From: Klebsiella phage KMI11
Reading direction: 5' to 3' (one strand)
DNA length: 64,000 bases
Sequence record: MN101225.1
The position numbers and the translations under genes were made by a program. Positions 1 through 8,788 of this stretch are shown piece after piece; the first letter of the stretch is position 1; the number at the start of each line of letters is the position of its first letter. Below the pieces are notes generated by a model. The model ran no database searches and was not told where the DNA came from. It was given only the letters and a program-made list of their open reading frames with translations.

Positions 1-144
1 TATAATTGTCACCGTGCAGTTTTCTATAGTAGACGACCCTGATACGCTAGAACGTATACGCATACAGATGCGTAGTAATGCTAACTCTAGCAGTAGAGTA
101 TAATGGGACTAGTCCTTCCCAAGAAACAGTAGAGTGGAGATAGA

Positions 145-561
145 ATGAGATTAGAAGAATTACAAGATGAATTGGATAATGATTTGATTATCGACCAGAC
201 TAAACTACAGTATGAAGCGGCTAATAACCCCGTTCTGTATGGTAAATGGGTGCGTAAGCACTCGACTTGTCGAAAAGAGATGTTAAGATTAGATGCCCTC
301 AAAAAGCAAAATCTTAAAGCACGATTGGATTATTACACTGGCCGTGGCGAGGTTGGTGGTGAAGTATGCATGGATGTATATGAAAAATCAGAAATGAAAA
401 CTGTTTTAAGCGCTGATAAAGAAATCTTGGGTGTAGATACTAAATTGCAATATTGGGGAATTCTTTTGGAGTTCTGTAGTGATGCAATGGATGCTATCAA
501 GTCACGAGGTTTTAGCATTAAGCACATTATTGACCTTCGTCAGTTTGAAGCTGGCGCGTAA
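145..561 (+). CDS. uvsY: UvsY recombination mediator protein
   Basis: 138 aa; agrees with recalled T4 UvsY along its length (MRLE.LQ.EL...KLQYEAANN...LKARLDYY.GRG...YEKSEMKTVLSADK...QYWGILL.FCS...AIKSRGF.IKHI). Confidence 0.9.
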   Translation: MRLEELQDELDNDLIIDQTKLQYEAANNPVLYGKWVRKHSTCRKEMLRLDALKKQNLKARLDYYTGRGEVGGEVCMDVYEKSEMKTVLSADKEILGVDTKLQYWGILLEFCSDAMDAIKSRGFSIKHIIDLRQFEAGA

Positions 562-591
562 TAAATAAACTTGTAAACTAAGGAGACAATC

Positions 592-759
592 ATGTCGAAT
601 ACGGTATGTGTCGTCTGTAAAGGACCAATCGATGAAGCATTGGTTGTCCAAACAGACAAAGGCCCGGTTCATCCCGGAGCTTGCTATAATTATGCGATTG
701 AATTGCCTGTCACTGAAGACACAGAAGAGCAATTACAAGAAACGCAGCTTTTAATTTAG
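592..759 (+). CDS. small Cys-containing protein (uvsY.-1/-2-like position)
   Basis: 55-aa ORF with AAGGAGA RBS 6 nt upstream; CxxC...C..Y pattern; position matches small ORFs between uvsY and uvsW in T4. Confidence 0.4.
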   Translation: MSNTVCVVCKGPIDEALVVQTDKGPVHPGACYNYAIELPVTEDTEEQLQETQLLI

Positions 760-818
760 TCTAGTGTTGATGTAGCCAATTGGCTTTGCCCCTTCCTTTC
801 GGTTGGGGCTTTTTTATA

Positions 819-1061
819 TCAGAAGTCTTCGTCTTCGTCATCTTCAGAATCAGCTTCAAGAGCTTGTCTACGCCCCGCCAAAGCATCCCGCACAATGATA
901 TCGTCAGAATCAGCAAGAGTAGTTTCTTTAGAGCGCTTATCGTAATACTTCTCGAGTTCTTCCAGACCATCTAAGGTCTGGCAAGCATTAATTTTACTCA
1001 TGAAGTTATCGATAGTAGCCTCACGAATTGTGGCTTCGTAAATATCTTCAAATTTAATCAT
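819..1061 (-). CDS. uvsW.1: UvsW.1 small acidic protein
   Basis: 80 aa, acidic C-terminal tail, directly downstream of and start/stop-overlapping uvsW, as in T4. Confidence 0.7.
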   Translation of the reverse strand: MIKFEDIYEATIREATIDNFMSKINACQTLDGLEELEKYYDKRSKETTLADSDDIIVRDALAGRRQALEADSEDDEDEDF

Positions 1062-2590
1062 AGATTTACCGTTTTCATTACGTAGTTAAATTTTTCATCA
1101 GCATATCGTTGAATACGCTCTAATGCATGTTTTAAGCAATAATTCAAATGCGTGTATTTCTTTTTAGCATTGGCTGACTTCGGCTTTACACCCAGGTCGT
1201 CGCAAATATCCCAGACAGTAGCTAATGATTTATCTTTATGCTTACGAAGAACACGACCAATAGTTTGGAGTACGATAATCTTCGATTTAACTGGATGGGC
1301 TAAAATTACATGATGCAGGTTTTTAACAGAAATACCGGTAGAAAATACACCGTAACTTGCGACGATAATAATTCCCTTTCCGTTTTCTGCCATAGCCTTT
1401 AAAGCATTACGTGTTTCGGTATTAACTTCGCCTGACACATAATAGACATGCTCATGACCAGCAGCTTTAATCATCTCGAACAGCTCTTTACCATGAGCCA
1501 CATGTTTAAACATCACAAAGGCATTTTCGTCACGCGCTGCAAGTTTAGTAGCAAGATTAGCAATCCAACGATTTCTTTTCTTAACATTGGTGATGAATTT
1601 AATTTCTTCTTGATACGTTTTGCCTTTTAAAGCGTTTGCGGCTGCATCTGGATATCTTAAGAAGATTGTATTAATTTTAAGCTCAGTTACTTGTCCGTCT
1701 TCCATTAACTTAGAAGTTGATACTGGACGGAAGATTTCACCAAACATGCCAACATATTGCATGATATTAGCTTTGCCGTCTTTAAGAGAACCAGACAGTC
1801 CGTACTTAAACATGCAATTGGTGAGACCCGCAATGATTGTTGAAATTGACTTACCCGTTGCAAGATGGCATTCATCATTCATCATCATGCCGAATTGAGA
1901 AAACCATTCTTTAGGCTGCTTAACAGCGGTCTGCCAGGTAGATACATAAACTAATGCGTTGGAATCACGAGCAGTACCACCTCGAATACCCAACATAGCA
2001 TTGCGAGGAAATAAACGATAATCACAAAAATCATCAATCATCTGGTCAACTAACGCTGTAGTAGGAACGATGATAAGAACCTTGCCTTCGTAATTTTCTA
2101 CATAATAACGAGCAAGTAATGCCTGAATAAGAGACTTACCAGCAGATGTTGGAAGATTAAGAATTCTACGTCGATTAACTAGACCTTCATATACAGCATC
2201 TTTCTGATACCAGTGAGGTTCAATCTTAGTTAATCCTGAATAAATTTCTTTAGTTGATAACCAATTATCAAAATCCTCCCGCGAAAGAGTTTCTTGCTCG
2301 AATATAGCTGGATCGAAATAAACCTTATATCCGAATTGGTCAGCGAATTTTCTGATTTGGCCAACAAGACCAAACGGTAAGAGACGATTATAATCTAGCA
2401 GACGAATTCGTCCATCCCAATGTCCATAGCGATATTTCGGGTTGAATCTGTATCCATCGGCTTCGAAGCTAAAATAGTCTCTGAGTTCATAGAAAATCGA
2501 GTCATCACACTCAATATGAACATGACTAAAATCTTTAAATTTGACTTGGATGTCGTGCACTGTACTATCCTCAGTTATAAATACAATCAT
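1058..2590 (-). CDS. uvsW: UvsW SF2 DNA/RNA helicase
   Basis: 510 aa; strong full-length agreement with recalled T4 UvsW (FHELRD.FSFEADGYRFNP..RYG.WDGRIRLLDYNRLLPFGLVGQI, Walker A LNLPTSAGKS, MMMNDECHLATGKS, C-terminal FNYVMKTVNL). Confidence 0.93.
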   Translation of the reverse strand: MIVFITEDSTVHDIQVKFKDFSHVHIECDDSIFYELRDYFSFEADGYRFNPKYRYGHWDGRIRLLDYNRLLPFGLVGQIRKFADQFGYKVYFDPAIFEQETLSREDFDNWLSTKEIYSGLTKIEPHWYQKDAVYEGLVNRRRILNLPTSAGKSLIQALLARYYVENYEGKVLIIVPTTALVDQMIDDFCDYRLFPRNAMLGIRGGTARDSNALVYVSTWQTAVKQPKEWFSQFGMMMNDECHLATGKSISTIIAGLTNCMFKYGLSGSLKDGKANIMQYVGMFGEIFRPVSTSKLMEDGQVTELKINTIFLRYPDAAANALKGKTYQEEIKFITNVKKRNRWIANLATKLAARDENAFVMFKHVAHGKELFEMIKAAGHEHVYYVSGEVNTETRNALKAMAENGKGIIIVASYGVFSTGISVKNLHHVILAHPVKSKIIVLQTIGRVLRKHKDKSLATVWDICDDLGVKPKSANAKKKYTHLNYCLKHALERIQRYADEKFNYVMKTVNL

Positions 2591-2617
2591 ATTTATACAT
2601 CACACGAGGCACAACTA

Positions 2618-3412
2618 ATGCTAGATAAAGACTATATTAAAGAAATCCAGGCACTCGATAAAAAAGAAGCTAAAGACAAGCTCGACGAGTATGCCCAAAC
2701 TTTCGGTATTAAACTGAAAAAGACCCGTTCATTTGACAATATGGTTGCTGACTTAGAAAAAGAACTGGCTAAATTGGCTGATGAGCCTATGCCAGAAGAT
2801 AATGATGGGCTGTCAATTGCTGATTTAATCCAAGCAGATGATGAAATTGAGGGTAAAGCAGTATTTAAAGATGAAGCGTCTGATGAGGCAAAACTACTGT
2901 TTGACGCTCCAGTTAATGTTGGTATTAAAATTCATGATATTGACCCAGGTTTCTATAAAGAAACCCCTAAGGTAAATGACCCAGGGTTTGAAGTAAAAAC
3001 ACCTTCTATCAATGATAAAGGATTTTATGCTGAAGCTCCTATTGGAGACAGCGTTATTCATATAGATGATGAAGGACAAGTTACCAATATTCCGGTTAGT
3101 ATCACGGACCCCGAAGAATTTTTCAAAGCAATGGACAAAGTAGTTAAAATTGTTAAAACTGATGAAACCATTGAGCTTCCTAAAAACTTTAGTCCAAACA
3201 TGCAATTGCTAGGTAAGAACCCAGGATATATTACTCTTCCATGGTGGATTTACCAATGGATTAAAGATAACCCGGACTGGAAATCTCGGCCAACGTCGTT
3301 TGAACACCCATCAGCACACCAGACATTGTTTAGTTTAATCTATTACATCAAAAGAAACGGGTCTGTTATGATTCGTGAAACACGTAATTCTTCATTTGTA
3401 ACTTTAAAATAA
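2618..3412 (+). CDS. hoc-adjacent acidic protein, possibly Inh (prohead protease inhibitor) homolog
   Basis: ATG at 2618 after GAGG RBS (the track's 2420 start overlaps uvsW); acidic protein immediately upstream of hoc where T4 has inh; sequence identity to Inh not verifiable by eye. Confidence 0.4.
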   Translation: MLDKDYIKEIQALDKKEAKDKLDEYAQTFGIKLKKTRSFDNMVADLEKELAKLADEPMPEDNDGLSIADLIQADDEIEGKAVFKDEASDEAKLLFDAPVNVGIKIHDIDPGFYKETPKVNDPGFEVKTPSINDKGFYAEAPIGDSVIHIDDEGQVTNIPVSITDPEEFFKAMDKVVKIVKTDETIELPKNFSPNMQLLGKNPGYITLPWWIYQWIKDNPDWKSRPTSFEHPSAHQTLFSLIYYIKRNGSVMIRETRNSSFVTLK

Positions 3413-3421
3413 GGAACACCT

Positions 3422-4828
3422 ATGGCTTATAGCGTATCTATTGCTCCTTTGGCTGCTTCGGCAGTCATTGGAGCAACAACCAATTTTACTGCAACAACTT
3501 CTGGAGCCGCAGCTGAAGGCACAGAAACGTTTGTATGGACAGTAAATGGCGTAAAACAATCTTCTGTTACCGCAGCTATGAATTATGTTGCTGCAGGACC
3601 TGCCGGCAGTAAGACTGTTAAAGTAGTTGCTACTGTTACCCCAGCAGAGGGCGAGGCAGAAACTGCTGAGGCAGAAACCACTCTTACAGTTCAGAACAAA
3701 ACTATGCCTGCGATTACTTTAACTTTGAGCCCGACTTCTGTTTCTAAAGAAATTGGACAATCACAAGTAGTCACGGCTGATGTTACTGGCGCCCCGTCAG
3801 GAGCAAGCATTGCTTATGTTTGGAAACGCGGCTCTTCTGTTATTTCTGGCCAAACGGGTAAAACAATTACCATAACTGAACCTGCGGAAGCTAATTACAC
3901 ATTGAATTGTGAAGTCACAGTTTCTGCAGCAAATTACAACCCGGCTACTGCAACTAAAGGTATTGCTGTTGCTTTTACTAAAAAGACCATGAGCGGCGTT
4001 TCAGTTGCTCTGACACCTAGTTCAATTACCGCTGAAAAAGGAGCAGAAGCATCTTTTAAAGCCGATGTTACTGGAGCGCCGGCGGGAGCATCTGTAGCTT
4101 ACTCATGGACCAAAGACGGTTCTCCTGTAGAAGGCTCAACAAGCACTCTAGAAATTGATACATCCACTATCGGGTCTCAAGTAATTGAGGTTTCGGCTGT
4201 TGTTTCTGCTCCAGATTATAAACCTGTTACAGTTACTAAAACTGGTAATGTAACTATTACCAAAAAGACCATGAGCGGTGTTTCTGTTACTTTGACTCCT
4301 GAGTCTATTACGACCGAACAAGGGTCTGAAGCATCTTTTAAAGCCAACGTTATCGGTGCTCCAGAAGGTGCAACTGGGGTTTATTCTTGGACCAAAGACG
4401 GTTCTCCTGTAGAAGGCTCAACAAGCACGTTAGTGATTGACACGTCTGATATAGGGTCTCAAGTGATTGAGGTTTCTGTTGAGGTTTCCGCAGAAGATTA
4501 CACCCCGATTACAGTCACTAAAACTGGCGATGTAACCATTACTAAAAGGGTAGCCCCGGAGCCAGACGGAGAACTTCCGTATATTCATCCTCTACCGTTC
4601 CGTGGAACAGCCTATATCTGGTGTGGATGGTGGGTAATGGATGAAATCCAACGAATGACTGTTGAGGGCAAAGATTGGAAACTCGACGACCCTGATAGCG
4701 ATTATTACCTGCATCGGTATACTCTGGCTAAAATGCTAGATGATTATCCAGAAGTCGATGTACAAGAATCTAGAAATGGATACATTGTTCATCGTACTGC
4801 GCTGGAAGCAGGTATTATCTATCCTTAA
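3422..4828 (+). CDS. hoc: Hoc highly immunogenic outer capsid protein (Ig-like repeats)
   Basis: 468 aa; repeated Ig-like modules (VTGAP.GAS.AY.W.K.GS..V.G.T); C-terminal capsid-binding region close to T4 Hoc (PEP.GELPY.HPLP.R..AYIWCGWWVMDEIQ.MT.EGKDWK.DDPDS.YYLHRYTL.KM..DYPEVDVQESRNGYI.H.TALE.GIIY). Confidence 0.9.
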   Translation: MAYSVSIAPLAASAVIGATTNFTATTSGAAAEGTETFVWTVNGVKQSSVTAAMNYVAAGPAGSKTVKVVATVTPAEGEAETAEAETTLTVQNKTMPAITLTLSPTSVSKEIGQSQVVTADVTGAPSGASIAYVWKRGSSVISGQTGKTITITEPAEANYTLNCEVTVSAANYNPATATKGIAVAFTKKTMSGVSVALTPSSITAEKGAEASFKADVTGAPAGASVAYSWTKDGSPVEGSTSTLEIDTSTIGSQVIEVSAVVSAPDYKPVTVTKTGNVTITKKTMSGVSVTLTPESITTEQGSEASFKANVIGAPEGATGVYSWTKDGSPVEGSTSTLVIDTSDIGSQVIEVSVEVSAEDYTPITVTKTGDVTITKRVAPEPDGELPYIHPLPFRGTAYIWCGWWVMDEIQRMTVEGKDWKLDDPDSDYYLHRYTLAKMLDDYPEVDVQESRNGYIVHRTALEAGIIYP

Positions 4829-4833
4829 TATTC

Positions 4834-4856
4834 GGGAGCCTTCGGGCTCCCTTTTT
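4834..4856 (+). terminator. rho-independent terminator after hoc (GGGAGCC-UUCG-GGCUCCC-UUUUU)
   Basis: perfect 7-bp GC-rich stem, UUCG tetraloop, T5 run. Confidence 0.8.
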
Positions 4857-4906
4857 GCTATTCACGGATTGGTTTATTATGTCCTCGTCACATAGATGAG
4901 GTTATT

Positions 4907-5134
4907 ATGAAAGCATTACAAGCTCACTTGATGCATGAAAGCGGAAAAGATTTTCAAGAAATTGCAAGAGCGTTAGATATCACTCCAGCCGAAGCCGCTA
5001 AGCTGTGGGTCTCTGTTGAGAAAGCACATGAGCGGTTTAAACAAAAAGAGAAAGTTGTATATCGAAAACGCTTAACAAACGTTGATATAAAATCTCGTCA
5101 TAAGAAACTTGTTAAACACATGAGGACTTTATAA
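4907..5134 (+). CDS. small basic protein with HTH-like segment
   Basis: 75 aa; DFQEIARALDITPAEAAKLW resembles a helix-turn-helix; start overlaps next ORF (ATGA). Confidence 0.45.
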   Translation: MKALQAHLMHESGKDFQEIARALDITPAEAAKLWVSVEKAHERFKQKEKVVYRKRLTNVDIKSRHKKLVKHMRTL

Positions 5135-5460
5135 TGTCTAAAGTAGATAAAAAGGTAGAAGAGAAACTTGAGATGTTCCTAGAGCGCAAGTTTGCTCCTG
5201 CGGCGAGCAATATTAATGATTGGCGTTCTGCATCAAGATTTGTTGATAATATGATGGCTCGAATATTCGATAGCACTTATTATAAAAATGGCGCACGCAA
5301 AATCTCAGATTTGATTAAAGAACGGTATGGAAAAATTGATTGGATGCTAATGGATGTAAATGTTCCGTTAGTATTAGAAGTTGGACCTAAAAACCAGTTT
5401 GAAATCATGCGAAATAAACACGACCAATTAATGTATCGCTTTGTTCCAAGCGGATATTAA
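5134..5460 (+). CDS. hypothetical protein
   Basis: 108-aa ORF translationally coupled to the upstream ORF. Confidence 0.45.
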   Translation: MSKVDKKVEEKLEMFLERKFAPAASNINDWRSASRFVDNMMARIFDSTYYKNGARKISDLIKERYGKIDWMLMDVNVPLVLEVGPKNQFEIMRNKHDQLMYRFVPSGY

Positions 5461-5463
5461 TTG

Positions 5464-5494
5464 CTTTAAAAATCGATGTGGTATAATGGGCTCA
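5464..5494 (+). promoter_or_regulatory. MotA-box middle promoter candidate (TTGCTTTA ... TATAAT)
   Basis: aTTGCTTTA matches the T4 MotA box consensus (a/t)(a/t)TGCTT(t/c)A, followed about 13 nt later by TATAAT; upstream of ORF 5574. Confidence 0.5.
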
Positions 5495-5573
5495 GGGGAA
5501 ATCCTCTGATACCATTACCCTTGTCCAAAATAGATGGACTCCTGGTTTTATTTTATTTATTGAGAGAAAAATT

Positions 5574-5831
5574 ATGAACCTTGCCGATAGAATGGCTAAT
5601 ACAGCCATCAATATTGCTACAGAAGAATTGAGTGCAGCAAAAGAAGAAGTATTAACTCAGATTGAGAAAACCGCTTTAGCGGGTCAACGTGAGTTAATTA
5701 TGTATCCTAGCAGTTTAGTTAAAAAACACATCACAAACGTTCTTAATTATTTGCATGACGAAGGATTTGTTACAAATTATACCAGTGCCCAGCGTAATGG
5801 TGATACTGACTTTATGAAAATCACATTCTAA
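5574..5831 (+). CDS. hypothetical protein
   Basis: 85-aa ORF after the promoter-like region. Confidence 0.45.
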   Translation: MNLADRMANTAINIATEELSAAKEEVLTQIEKTALAGQRELIMYPSSLVKKHITNVLNYLHDEGFVTNYTSAQRNGDTDFMKITF

Positions 5832-5841
5832 GGAAATTATA

Positions 5842-6849
5842 ATGTTTGCAAAATATTCTAGTCTCGAGAACCACTACAACAATAAGTTCATCGAGAAGAT
5901 TCGTGGTGCTGGTTTTGATATGCACACTGTTGAGTGGGTAGCTCGTGAGAAGATTCATGGCACTAACTTTAGTGTGATTATTACTCCTACCGAAATCGTT
6001 CCGGCTAAGCGTACTGGACCTATTTTAGAAAGTGAAAGTTTCTTTGGTCATGATATTATCATGAAGAAGTATAAGGATTCTTTCGTTAAGATGCAGAACA
6101 TGCTGAACGCCATGGATTTAGTATCTGTTCAAATCTTCGGCGAATTTGCTGGCGGTGGTATTCAGAAAGGCGTAGATTATGGTGAGAAAGATTTCTACGT
6201 ATTTGATATCTTGTCGGATTCCGGTAACGAAAAAGTTTATTGGGACGATTATGTAGTAGAATCGTTTGCTACTGGTCTTGGTCTTAAATTGGCTCCACTG
6301 CTTGGTCGTGGTTCATTCGCTGAGCTATCTCAGTACGTAAATGACTTTAAATCTATTGTCAATTACTACAATGAACTTGTTGACACGACTGACCTTGAAC
6401 ATGCAAATAAACATGTGTTCGGTCCACAGGCTTCTTCTGAAACTGGCGTAGCTGAAGGCTATGTTCTTAAGCCGGTTCATCCTAAGTTCTTCAATAATGG
6501 TACTCGTGTTGCTATTAAGTGTAAGAACTCTAAGTTCAGTGAGAAGGCTAAATCCGATAAGCCTATTAAAGCGAAGGTTGAACTCACCGAGAATGATAAG
6601 CGTGTTCTGGAAATCTTTTCTGAATATGTAACCTGGAACCGTGTAAGTAACGTTCTGTCTCATATTGGTACTGTAACTGCTAAAGATTTCGGTCGTGTTA
6701 TGGGTCTGACTATGAAAGATATCATTAACGAAGCAGCACGTGAAGGTCATGACATGCTATTCGCTGATAATCCTTCTGCTGTTAAGAAAGAAATCACTAC
6801 TTTAATTCAAAACACTATTCGTAGTAAATGGCATGAGGTTTTAGAATAA
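5842..6849 (+). CDS. rnlB: RNA ligase 2 (Rnl2)
   Basis: 335 aa; near-colinear with recalled T4 Rnl2 (MF.KYSSLENHYN.KFIEK...EWVAREKIHGTNFS.I..., KRTGPIL, FGEFAG.GIQK.VDY..KDFYVFDI, VAIKCKNSKFSEK.KSDKPIKAKVEL). Confidence 0.9.
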   Translation: MFAKYSSLENHYNNKFIEKIRGAGFDMHTVEWVAREKIHGTNFSVIITPTEIVPAKRTGPILESESFFGHDIIMKKYKDSFVKMQNMLNAMDLVSVQIFGEFAGGGIQKGVDYGEKDFYVFDILSDSGNEKVYWDDYVVESFATGLGLKLAPLLGRGSFAELSQYVNDFKSIVNYYNELVDTTDLEHANKHVFGPQASSETGVAEGYVLKPVHPKFFNNGTRVAIKCKNSKFSEKAKSDKPIKAKVELTENDKRVLEIFSEYVTWNRVSNVLSHIGTVTAKDFGRVMGLTMKDIINEAAREGHDMLFADNPSAVKKEITTLIQNTIRSKWHEVLE

Positions 6850-7397
6850 TGAGATTGGCGCTTATTGGTTCACGAGAAGCGCCACGCAGAGTTCTGAGTC
6901 TAATGACTACAATAGGTCAACGCCTCTCGGAAGAGGGGCATTTTTCATATTCAGGTGGAGCTCCGGGTTCAGATGAAGCGTGGTTGGCGAAATACGATAG
7001 GTCAAATTCTTGTAGGATTATTCCTTATTCTGGCTTTTGTGGTCACTTTCCTGATACAGGTGTTGTTGTATGGTCTGAGTTATCAAACGAAGCCAAAATC
7101 AAAAGCATCATTAAGGCGAGAGAAGTTACGTCGTACTGGGATGAATGCTCGAAGATAGTGCAGACTTTATTCGCACGGAATTCTATGCAGGTATTGGGCC
7201 TAGAATGCACTGAGCCTGTAGATAAGGTATTATATTGGGCGCCTGAGAAAAGATGCGGGAGTGTATCTGGAGGGACGAGAGTAGCTGTTGATATAGCTCG
7301 CAGGCACGGGATAGAATGTGTTAATCTATATGATAAGAAAGTGTTTAAATCCCTCGAGGAGGAATACTCTCCGAAGTTTGACATATTTAGTTTATAG
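6849..7397 (+). CDS. SLOG/DprA(Smf)-like Rossmann-fold protein (T4 24.3 position)
   Basis: 182 aa; ALIGSRE...(20)...SGGAPGSDE matches the DprA/SLOG GSR...SGGA.G.D signature; translationally coupled to rnlB. Confidence 0.5.
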   Translation: MRLALIGSREAPRRVLSLMTTIGQRLSEEGHFSYSGGAPGSDEAWLAKYDRSNSCRIIPYSGFCGHFPDTGVVVWSELSNEAKIKSIIKAREVTSYWDECSKIVQTLFARNSMQVLGLECTEPVDKVLYWAPEKRCGSVSGGTRVAVDIARRHGIECVNLYDKKVFKSLEEEYSPKFDIFSL

Positions 7398-7403
7398 CAA
7401 AAA

Positions 7404-7421
7404 GGGAGCCCGAAGGCTCCC
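7404..7421. terminator. bidirectional intercistronic hairpin GGGAGCC-CGAA-GGCUCCC between convergent 24.3-like ORF and gene 24
   Basis: 7-bp GC stem; reads UUCG tetraloop on the minus (late mRNA) strand. Confidence 0.7.
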
Positions 7422-7426
7422 ATAAA

Positions 7427-8707
7427 TTAGTCCGCAATCAGCTTAGGTAACTTAACACCGAGCATAACAGACATCTGACTTCTTCCTGCCATCTTATCCA
7501 TATCCGCAGCATTAATCACACGAGCTTCGTCCTCGTCCAATCCTACAGTATATGGGTTAACCGACAGCGCGTAACGAACCAGTAAAGCTACAGAAGGCTG
7601 CAAGCTAGCTGGGTCAACAATAACTTTAAATGCACCAACATGCTCAGGGTCGTCTAAATCAAGACCTTCGGTATACGGCGCATAGAATAATGAACCTACA
7701 GTTTCCTTCCCACCAAATTCTGCCTTAACACCAACAATAACGTAATCAATCGGACTGTTAGTATCACAATACAGTGGAAGGCCGTTATTCAGAATGCCAT
7801 ATGCGTTTTCTGGAATAGTCCCATCGTTCTTCTGCATTAACCAACCAGAAGCTGCCAGCACCGCCGCGCAACGAGTAGATGCTACTGCATAAGTACCAGA
7901 ATAAGAAGTATTACGTTGAACTGCTGAATTCATTTCACAAATGAAACGATACAGAGTACGACCTTGTTCCGGAGCAGAATCCTGCTTAGTTAAATCTAAT
8001 ACACCTTTATCGGATACACCAGTTACTTTAAACCGAGAAGAAACTGTAATCAATGATTGCAGGATGTCTTTATTAATGTCTTCTGCCATTTCAGTAGCAA
8101 GTAAATCATCAATAAGCTCTGGAGCATCGAACCCGTTAGCTTCTAAGTCTTGAGCTAATTCTACAGTTAAATCCGTTTTAAGCTTACGCGATTTAACAGC
8201 TGTTTGCCATTTATCAATTTTAAAACTGGCTTCGGTGATTGGGTCTGAATCAGGTCCTTCGAATTTTTCAGTGACTGCAGCATCTGACATCATACGAATA
8301 TTATTAGCTGCTACTGCTTCAGATACAATTCCAAATTCGTCGGTTTCAGCTGTACCAGTAAACGGCCCGTCTTTAAGTACTTTAAAGACTACGTTCTGGT
8401 ACTTAAACATGTCATCTTTATTAAAAGAATCTTTATTCGCCATAGTGAGTTCTTCAATTGACTCACGTTCCGGGGCGCCGATTTGACCTGCATAGGTTGC
8501 ACCTGTATTAAACGTCAGGTCACCATTAGGGTTAAGATATTTAATACCATACAGTGCTGCTACAGGCTGTTTAGTACGCTGTGTAGCAACAAGATCGGTA
8601 TAGATTAATTTAGTGGTTGCGCGCGTTAATGCAACGAGATTAGGGCGACCAATTAAGTTGCTACTCGTTGTAGTTGACTCGCGCAGAAGTTCGTTGATTT
8701 TAGCCAT
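7427..8707 (-). CDS. 24: gp24 head vertex protein
   Basis: 426 aa; N-terminus MAKINELLRESTTT.SN.IGRPNLVALTRATTKLIY.D.VATQRT.QPVAA.YGIKYLNP matches recalled T4 gp24; C-terminus LLVRYALS.NPYTV. Confidence 0.93.
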   Translation of the reverse strand: MAKINELLRESTTTSSNLIGRPNLVALTRATTKLIYTDLVATQRTKQPVAALYGIKYLNPNGDLTFNTGATYAGQIGAPERESIEELTMANKDSFNKDDMFKYQNVVFKVLKDGPFTGTAETDEFGIVSEAVAANNIRMMSDAAVTEKFEGPDSDPITEASFKIDKWQTAVKSRKLKTDLTVELAQDLEANGFDAPELIDDLLATEMAEDINKDILQSLITVSSRFKVTGVSDKGVLDLTKQDSAPEQGRTLYRFICEMNSAVQRNTSYSGTYAVASTRCAAVLAASGWLMQKNDGTIPENAYGILNNGLPLYCDTNSPIDYVIVGVKAEFGGKETVGSLFYAPYTEGLDLDDPEHVGAFKVIVDPASLQPSVALLVRYALSVNPYTVGLDEDEARVINAADMDKMAGRSQMSVMLGVKLPKLIAD

Positions 8708-8735
8708 TGCGCTTTCCTCTGTGGATTTATAAGTT

Positions 8736-8743
8736 TATTTATA
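8736..8743 (-). promoter_or_regulatory. T4-type late promoter TATAAATA for gene 24
   Basis: TATTTATA on plus strand equals TATAAATA on the coding strand, 29 nt upstream of the gp24 start. Confidence 0.7.
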
Positions 8744-8761
8744 TCCATTAAAACAACTAAA

Positions 8762-8779
8762 GGGAGCCCGAAGGCTCCC
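8762..8779. terminator. intercistronic UUCG-tetraloop hairpin between 23 and 24
   Basis: GGGAGCC-CGAA-GGCUCCC, identical to the hairpin at 7404. Confidence 0.65.
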
Positions 8780-8788
8780 TTATTGGTA

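Noticed and set aside
2590-2597. TATTTATA (minus-strand TATAAATA) at the uvsW start
   Set aside because: The motif ends only 2 nt from the uvsW ATG, so it cannot serve as its -10. It is probably a coincidental AT-rich match.
2420-2617. Upstream extension of the hoc-adjacent ORF (the track start at 2420 gives 330 aa)
   Set aside because: The extension overlaps the uvsW 5' coding end on the other strand; an ATG at 2618 with a GAGG RBS gives a sensible start.
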